A stretch of DNA of 64,000 bases from Deltaproteobacteria bacterium (GTDB taxonomy: Bacteria > Desulfobacterota > Desulfomonilia > UBA1062), in assembly GCA_029547045.1 (NCBI GenBank), contig JAKPQL010000083.1, positions 3,425-67,424 on the forward strand, given 5' to 3'. The position numbers were made by a program, and so were the translations under genes. Position 1 is the stretch's first letter, and each line of letters starts with the position of its first letter. A model generated the notes under the pieces. It did no database searches, was not told where the DNA came from, and was given only the letters and a program-made list of their open reading frames with translations. Below are positions 58,223 through 64,000 of this stretch, piece after piece.

Positions 58223-58510
58223 ATGAGCGCTACACACTCCTTCTCCATGGGCCTTGTCATGGCGATCGCGTTGCTGCTCGTCTTCACCCTGCCCGGGGAA
58301 AAGGGCATCATCCGGGGATATCAGCTTCATCGAGAACTCACCAGCCTGAAAAAACACAATGCGGCCATCGAGCAGGAGAACGCCGGCCTGGCTCGCGAAG
58401 CGACCATGTTGAGGGACAACATGGCCTACATAGAACACGTCATCGTCAAGGAACTGAACCTGGTGAAGCCTGGCGATACGATTGTCGTGTTCAAGCGGAA
58501 AAAGACCTGA
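58223..58510 (+). CDS. ftsB: Septum formation initiator FtsB/DivIC family
   Basis: TM segment, coiled coil, YIEHVIVKELNLVKPGD. Confidence 0.75.
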   Translation: MSATHSFSMGLVMAIALLLVFTLPGEKGIIRGYQLHRELTSLKKHNAAIEQENAGLAREATMLRDNMAYIEHVIVKELNLVKPGDTIVVFKRKKT

Positions 58511-58525
58511 TCGCGGGGTGATTCG

Positions 58526-59581
58526 ATGTTTTTTGAAAAAAATTTGTTGGGATTGGATATCGGGTCACAGTCCATTAAGATGGTGGACATAGAGAAGACA
58601 CGGAACGGCTACCAGCTCAAGTCCTTGGGAGTCGGCCTGATACCCGCCGAATGCATCGTGGACAAGGACATCATGGATTCGGAGACCGTGGTGGACACGG
58701 TGAAGAACCTGAGGGAAAACCTCAAGGTCAAGGCGCGGGGCAGCGCCACCGCCATCTCGGGACATTCCGTCATCGTGAAGAAGGCCGAACTTCCCATCAT
58801 GAACGAGGGCGAGCTCAGGCAGTCGCTTCCCATCGAGGCGGAACAGTACATCCCCTTCGACATCAACGACGTGTACCTGGACACCTTCATCCTCGGCGAG
58901 AGCATCGAGCGCACCGACATGATGGACGTGCTCTTCGTCGCCGCCAAGAGGGAGCTGGTGGACGAATACGCATCGGCGGTGAGAAACGCAGGGCTCAAGC
59001 CCATGCTCATCGACATCGATGTATTCTCCCTGGAAACCATGTACGAGGCGAATTACCCGGATGCCCCGGAGAACATCGTGGCACTGGTGGACGCCGGCGC
59101 ATCCATGATCAACGTGAACATCCTCAAGGACGGCATGTCCATCTTCGCCCGCGACATCTCCATGGGCGGCCGCCAGCTCACGGAGAGGATCCAGCGCGAG
59201 TTCAACGTGAGCTTCGAGCGGGCCGAGAACATCAAGACCGGGGCGAACATCGAGGGCATCGACCTGGAGAAGATCAACTACATCTTCAAGATGGCGGCAG
59301 AGACCTATGTGCAGGAGATCCGGAGGACCCTGGACTTCTTCCTGTCCACCATGGTCAACGAGAACATCGAAAAGATCTATATGAGCGGAGGATCCAGCAG
59401 GATACCTGGCCTCACCAAGCTTCTGGAAAAACAGATGGAGATCCCGGTGGAGATCATCAACCCGTTCAACAATATCAGGTGGGACGACCGGGTGTTTGAT
59501 CCGGAATACATGGCCTATATCGCACCGCAGATGGCTGTGGCTGTGGGCCTTGCACTAAGGAGGGCCGACTATAAATGGTAA
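58526..59581 (+). CDS. pilM: Type IV pilus assembly protein PilM
   Basis: GLDIGSQSIK, EAEQYIPF, LVDAGA, SGGSS, NPF, AVGLALR. Confidence 0.95.
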   Translation: MFFEKNLLGLDIGSQSIKMVDIEKTRNGYQLKSLGVGLIPAECIVDKDIMDSETVVDTVKNLRENLKVKARGSATAISGHSVIVKKAELPIMNEGELRQSLPIEAEQYIPFDINDVYLDTFILGESIERTDMMDVLFVAAKRELVDEYASAVRNAGLKPMLIDIDVFSLETMYEANYPDAPENIVALVDAGASMINVNILKDGMSIFARDISMGGRQLTERIQREFNVSFERAENIKTGANIEGIDLEKINYIFKMAAETYVQEIRRTLDFFLSTMVNENIEKIYMSGGSSRIPGLTKLLEKQMEIPVEIINPFNNIRWDDRVFDPEYMAYIAPQMAVAVGLALRRADYKW

Positions 59582-60108
59582 AAATAAACCTGTTACCCAT
59601 CCGCGTCGAGCTGAGGAAAAAGGCCTTGGTGGAGCACCTCGTCCTTGCGATCCTCTGCATTGCCCTGGTGATCATCGGTGCATACTTCACCCAGCTCACC
59701 GTCATCAAGGAGAGGGACGACCTCCAGAAGGAGATCGCCGACACCAAGGTGGAGATCAAGAAACTCACCGCTGAAGCTGGCGAGATCGAGAAGTTCAAGC
59801 AGCAGAAGCAGGAACTGGAACGGAAGCTCGACGTGATCCGCGACCTGAACGCACAGAAGACCGGCCCGGTGGAAATGCTGGACGAGCTGAGCCTCATTAT
59901 CCCCGAAAAAGCCTGGCTGAGCACGCTCACCAACCAGGGGGACAAGATCGTGCTCGAGGGTGCTGCCGTGGACAACACCACCATTGCCGCCTTCATGAAG
60001 CAGCTCCAGGCATCCAAGCATTTCGATAAGGTAACCCTTGTCCTCTCGAAGCAGGAGGGAGGCGTCCAGAGATTCTCCATCACCTGCATGATCAAGCAGA
60101 CGACTTGA
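59575..60108 (+). CDS. pilN: Type IV pilus assembly protein PilN
   Basis: INLLP motif, TM segment, coiled coil. Confidence 0.93.
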   Translation: MVKINLLPIRVELRKKALVEHLVLAILCIALVIIGAYFTQLTVIKERDDLQKEIADTKVEIKKLTAEAGEIEKFKQQKQELERKLDVIRDLNAQKTGPVEMLDELSLIIPEKAWLSTLTNQGDKIVLEGAAVDNTTIAAFMKQLQASKHFDKVTLVLSKQEGGVQRFSITCMIKQTT

Positions 60109-60116
60109 GGTAGACC

Positions 60117-60773
60117 ATGGACAAAGTGATCGATACCCTATTACGGCAAAAGCCCTACATCAAGCTCCTCGTCCTGCTGGTGATCCTGGGGGCCATTGCC
60201 GGGCTCTACTGGCAATTCCTCTACCGGCCTGTGCGGGCGGAGATCAGTGCCATGGAACCCGACCTGAACAAGCTCAAGGCCGAGCTCGCTGCAAAAAAGG
60301 AGATCGTGAAGGAAAAACCCCGGTACATCGCCGAACTCGAGCAGACCAGGGGCAAGCTCTACATAGCCCTGAAGCAGCTCCCTGACAAGAGCGAGATCCC
60401 CTCGCTGCTGGAGAACGTCTCCTCGCTGGGCACCGCCGCCGGTCTCCAGTTCAAGCTCTTCAAGCCCATGCCCGAGGTGTCGAAGAACTTCTATGCCGAG
60501 ATCCCGGTGGACATCCAGGTTGACGGGGTGTACCGCGACATCGTCACCTTCTTCGACACCGTGTCCAAGATGCCCAGGATCGTGAACATCCTCGACATAA
60601 AGATGACCACACCGAAGAAGAGCATGTCAGGAGGCATGATGCTGAGCACCTCGTGCAGGGCCGTCACCTACAAGTTCATCGAAGGCGCCAAGGCCGAATC
60701 CACGGACAAGGGTGACACGAAGAAGGGTGAGAAGGACAAGAAAAACGATACTAAGGAGGAGGAGAAGAAATGA
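60117..60773 (+). CDS. pilO: Type IV pilus assembly protein PilO
   Basis: QLPDKSEIPSLL, FYAEIP, MPRIVN, TYKF. Confidence 0.93.
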   Translation: MDKVIDTLLRQKPYIKLLVLLVILGAIAGLYWQFLYRPVRAEISAMEPDLNKLKAELAAKKEIVKEKPRYIAELEQTRGKLYIALKQLPDKSEIPSLLENVSSLGTAAGLQFKLFKPMPEVSKNFYAEIPVDIQVDGVYRDIVTFFDTVSKMPRIVNILDIKMTTPKKSMSGGMMLSTSCRAVTYKFIEGAKAESTDKGDTKKGEKDKKNDTKEEEKK

Positions 60774-61291
60774 ACAGGATCATCTATTCTCTCCTCATTG
60801 TCTGCCTCTTTGCCATGCCCTGTTCCTGCAGCGGGGGGAAGAAGGCAGTTCCCACCGAGGCTCAGAAACCTGCAGCGGCGAAGAAGGCCGAAATGGTGAA
60901 GCCTGTACTTGCCCAGGCAGAGGAGCAGAAGAAGCCCGAGTACCAGGTGATAGGCGTGCGAGACCCCTTCATGCCCTTTGCAGGGATCAATCCCTTGGAC
61001 GCAGGCATGGGCGGAGTCGGGAAGGGTATAGACGCCCTCCAGCGGCTCTCCCTTGCCCAGATCTACCTCGTGGGGGTGATCCTCGGCAAGCAGAACCGGG
61101 CCCTGCTCCAGGATACTTCCGGAATGGGCTACATCGTCACCGAGGGCACGCTGGTGGGAGAAAACAACGGGATCGTCACAAGGATTACCAAGGACACCGT
61201 CTCAGTGAAACAGCATTTCAAGGACTACATGGGTCGCGTGAGCACCCGGGAAATAGTCTTGGCTCTGAGGAAGGAAGAGGGGGTAAAGTAG
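60770..61291 (+). CDS. pilP: Type IV pilus assembly lipoprotein PilP
   Basis: Lipoprotein-like signal, RDPF, GYIV..G..VGENNG. Confidence 0.9.
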   Translation: MNRIIYSLLIVCLFAMPCSCSGGKKAVPTEAQKPAAAKKAEMVKPVLAQAEEQKKPEYQVIGVRDPFMPFAGINPLDAGMGGVGKGIDALQRLSLAQIYLVGVILGKQNRALLQDTSGMGYIVTEGTLVGENNGIVTRITKDTVSVKQHFKDYMGRVSTREIVLALRKEEGVK

Positions 61292-61293
61292 GC

Positions 61294-63132
61294 ATGAAGA
61301 AAAATACCATCCTGGCATTCATAATCGGCTTGCTGGTCCTGCCGCTCTCTGCGTACGGGTTGAGCATCAAGACCGTGGATTTCATGAACGTCGAGAACAA
61401 GTCAAGGTTGCAGATTGGTCTTGACGGGCAGGCTTCCTACGACGTGAACAGGGTAGGCAACAGCGTGGTGCTGAAGATCAACAAGGCGCGGATCCCCAGC
61501 CATCTTGCCCGGCCCTTCATCACGTCGGAATTCATTACAGCCGTCGAGCAGATCCTCCCAAGACAGGACAGGGAGGACGTGGTTTTTGCCGTTGCCATGA
61601 AAGAGATGACCCCCTACTTCGTATCACAGGACAACAACCTCCTCATCATGGACTTCGACATCCCTGCAGGCCTCAAGGACGCCATGCAGCAGGCCGCGCC
61701 CGTAACCCTGGCAAAGACCGCATTCACAGCCGGTCCGGCAGAAACCCAGGCGGCCCTGGCCCCGTCGTACGTGAAGGGGCTCTCTCCGGCCCCGTCCACA
61801 CAGAGCACCATCATCGACACCGACCGCTCTCCAAAGTACAAGGGTGAGCGCATCACGCTCGATTTCCAGAACGCCGACATCCACAACATCCTGAGGATCA
61901 TCGCGGACGTGAGCGGTCTCAATATCGTGACCTCTGACGAGGTCAAGGGCACGGTGACCATCCGCCTCAAGGACGTCCCGTGGGACCAGGCGCTGGACGT
62001 GGTCCTGGAGAGCAAGGACCTCGACAAGATGGCCATCGGCAACGTGGTCCGCATCGCGCCGGCCGACAAGATCAAGCAGGCCCAGGAACGCCAGCTCTCC
62101 TCCAAGAAGACCCAGGAGCAGCTGGAGCCCCTGGTGACCTCGGTGATCCCGGTGAACTTCGCCAAGGCCTCCGAGATCTCCGGCACCATCAAGGGGAAAG
62201 AGGTGGGCCTCCTGTCCGAGCGGGGGAACATCACTGCGGAGAACCGTACGAACGTCCTCATCGTGAAGGACATCCGCAAGAGCGTGGACGAGATCAATGC
62301 CATGGTGAGAAGGCTCGACCAGCCCACGCCCCAAGTGCTCATATCCGCCAGGATCGTCCAGGCCGACTCCACCTTCACCCGTGGACTGGGTGTCATGTGG
62401 GGCGGCTCGTACCGGAGCCAGTCGGGAAGCCACCAGTTCGGCCTGACCGGTGTGAACACGGGCCCGGCATGGAACCTGTTCGACACGTCCACAACGGCCG
62501 GCAGAAATGCTTCCTGGTCATCAACCGTGGTTCCCACCCCGTCCATGGCGGTGAACTTCCCCCAGAACCAGGCCGCCGGTTTCGGCATCACCGTGGGCAG
62601 GCTCGGCAGTACCGCAGCCCAGCTCGACCTGAGGCTCGACATCGGCGAATCCACGGGCAGTATCAATGTGCTGTCAAGACCCAAGGTCGTCACCATGGAC
62701 AACAAGAAGGCCACCATCCGGCAGGGCGAGAAGTATCCGTACATCGTCCGTGACGACGAGGGCCAGCTCTCCACCGAACTTAAGGACATCGACCTGGTCC
62801 TGGAGGTAACCCCCCGGATCGCCTTTGACGGGAGCGTGAACATGGAGGTCAGCGTAGCACGGAACTCCCTGGGCTCCATAAGGAACCAGCTGGGAGACCC
62901 CTCCATCGCCAACCGCGAGGCAGTGACCGAGGTGCTGGTGAAGAACGGCGAGACCAGCGTCATCGGCGGGATCATCGAGGAAGAGGATCGGGACAATCTG
63001 TCCAAGGTGCCGTTCCTGGGCGACCTCCCGGTCATCGGATACCTCTTCAAGGGGACAACGACCGAAAAAACCAAGAAAGAGCTCCTGATCTTCATCACGC
63101 CCCAGATCATCGAGCCCGTTGCCCTGAAATAG
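61294..63132 (+). CDS. pilQ: Type IV pilus secretin PilQ
   Basis: YKGERITLDFQ, VPWDQALD, QVLISARIV, KVPFLGDLPVIGYLFK, ELLIFITP. Confidence 0.95.
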   Translation: MKKNTILAFIIGLLVLPLSAYGLSIKTVDFMNVENKSRLQIGLDGQASYDVNRVGNSVVLKINKARIPSHLARPFITSEFITAVEQILPRQDREDVVFAVAMKEMTPYFVSQDNNLLIMDFDIPAGLKDAMQQAAPVTLAKTAFTAGPAETQAALAPSYVKGLSPAPSTQSTIIDTDRSPKYKGERITLDFQNADIHNILRIIADVSGLNIVTSDEVKGTVTIRLKDVPWDQALDVVLESKDLDKMAIGNVVRIAPADKIKQAQERQLSSKKTQEQLEPLVTSVIPVNFAKASEISGTIKGKEVGLLSERGNITAENRTNVLIVKDIRKSVDEINAMVRRLDQPTPQVLISARIVQADSTFTRGLGVMWGGSYRSQSGSHQFGLTGVNTGPAWNLFDTSTTAGRNASWSSTVVPTPSMAVNFPQNQAAGFGITVGRLGSTAAQLDLRLDIGESTGSINVLSRPKVVTMDNKKATIRQGEKYPYIVRDDEGQLSTELKDIDLVLEVTPRIAFDGSVNMEVSVARNSLGSIRNQLGDPSIANREAVTEVLVKNGETSVIGGIIEEEDRDNLSKVPFLGDLPVIGYLFKGTTTEKTKKELLIFITPQIIEPVALK

Positions 63133-63157
63133 CCCCTCGAGACAGGCAGGAATGTAC

Positions 63158-63196
63158 GAGGGTCCCGGTGCCATGGCGCCGGGACCCTCTCCTTTG
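63158..63196 (+). terminator. Hairpin terminator after pilQ
   Basis: GAGGGTCCCGGTGCC-AT-GGCGCCGGGACCCTC followed by TCCTTT. Confidence 0.65.
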
Positions 63197-63339
63197 TCCT
63201 GCAGCGGGAATACCCAGTCAGGACCTGCACCCGATCACCCCATACACGAGACGGCCTGATCACCTGGAAAGATTCCGCAATTGACATGTCGCTCCAAGAC
63301 TTACTATATGTGAGCTATCGATCAGGAGGTTCACGATTC

Positions 63340-63993
63340 ATGGCTCGAATGAAACGGAAAGATCTGCTTAAAGGCCCGGATGAATTCGTCACGACCACCA
63401 GCAGCGCCCTTGTCTGGATCAAGGAACATCCGGCCCAGTTCGCAGCAGGCGCGCTCATCATCCTGTGCATCCTGGCAGGAGGCTACGGGATCTCCTACTG
63501 GAAGACATCACGGGAGCACACGGCCATGAACGAATACGTGAAGGCCATGGAAGACTCGCAGCTGACCCTCAAGGTGGCCCAGGACTTCTCGGATACCAGG
63601 GCGGGCAAACTGGCGAAACTGCGTCTCGCCCGCATGGCCTTCGATAAGGGCGACGGCAGGACTGCCCTGTCCAACGCCAACGAGTTCATGGACAGCTGGT
63701 CCCGCAAGGATGCCCTCCACTGGCAGGCTGCCCTTATCATCGCCGGCACCTACATAAACCAGAAGGAGCCCGCCAAGGCTGTTCCCCTGCTCGACGAATG
63801 CATCGACTCCGCCTCCACCGACCTCAGGGACCAGGCCCTCTTCCTGAAGGCCAGTGCCCTGATAACGCTGGGCAAACCCGCAGAGGCCCGTCAGATCCTG
63901 AGCGCGGTATCAGGGAACTACCAGGAGCTCGCCAAGGTCGTCACCGCCTCGCTGGGCCCCCTCCCGGGGGCGAAAGCAGCCATCAAACCGTGA
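63340..63993 (+). CDS. YfgM-like membrane-anchored TPR protein
   Basis: RKDLLKGPDEFVT, single TM segment, then TPR-like helices. Confidence 0.65.
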   Translation: MARMKRKDLLKGPDEFVTTTSSALVWIKEHPAQFAAGALIILCILAGGYGISYWKTSREHTAMNEYVKAMEDSQLTLKVAQDFSDTRAGKLAKLRLARMAFDKGDGRTALSNANEFMDSWSRKDALHWQAALIIAGTYINQKEPAKAVPLLDECIDSASTDLRDQALFLKASALITLGKPAEARQILSAVSGNYQELAKVVTASLGPLPGAKAAIKP

Positions 63994-64000
63994 GTCGTGC

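Overview
GC-rich bacterial chromosomal segment. Gene content suggests Desulfobacterota/deltaproteobacterial affinity (inference). It is mostly core genes. In order: 5' end of flgF, divergent from a sigma28-driven small ORF plus flgM; orphan SBP, HAD and AMMECR1 genes; an envelope superoperon (lysS-lolC/E-lolD-bamA-skp-lpxD-lpxA-gnnA-like-lpxB-msbA-lpxK-gmhB-two lpxL paralogues); tRNA-Cys; nikR plus a NikMNQO-type ECF transporter; an omptin-family protease; a pseudo-receiver-TPR protein; a eukaryote-type bifunctional PFK-2/FBPase-2; tRNA-Gln and tRNA-Glu; gdhA with an upstream triple operator and a NarL-type two-component pair; glnS fused to a Trbp111-like domain; a 9-PAS hybrid kinase followed by a decaying sigma54/chemotaxis cluster; a sigma54-driven Cys-rich microprotein; MFS, NtrC-type pair, DUF151, orphan ecfA, polymerase-dead PolX, mtaB; a PilZ-like gene, glgA, a divergent dnaA, HemN-like, DUF2905, rhomboid, ftsB, pilMNOPQ and a YfgM-like gene. 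No CRISPR, rRNA, integrase or transposase was recognised. The strongest leads are the bacterial PFK-2/FBPase-2, the enhancer/sigma54/zinc-finger microprotein unit, the 23-bp-phased gdhA operator, the GlnRS-Trbp111 fusion and two apparent non-canonical start codons. All calls come from reading motifs by eye; no database search was run.
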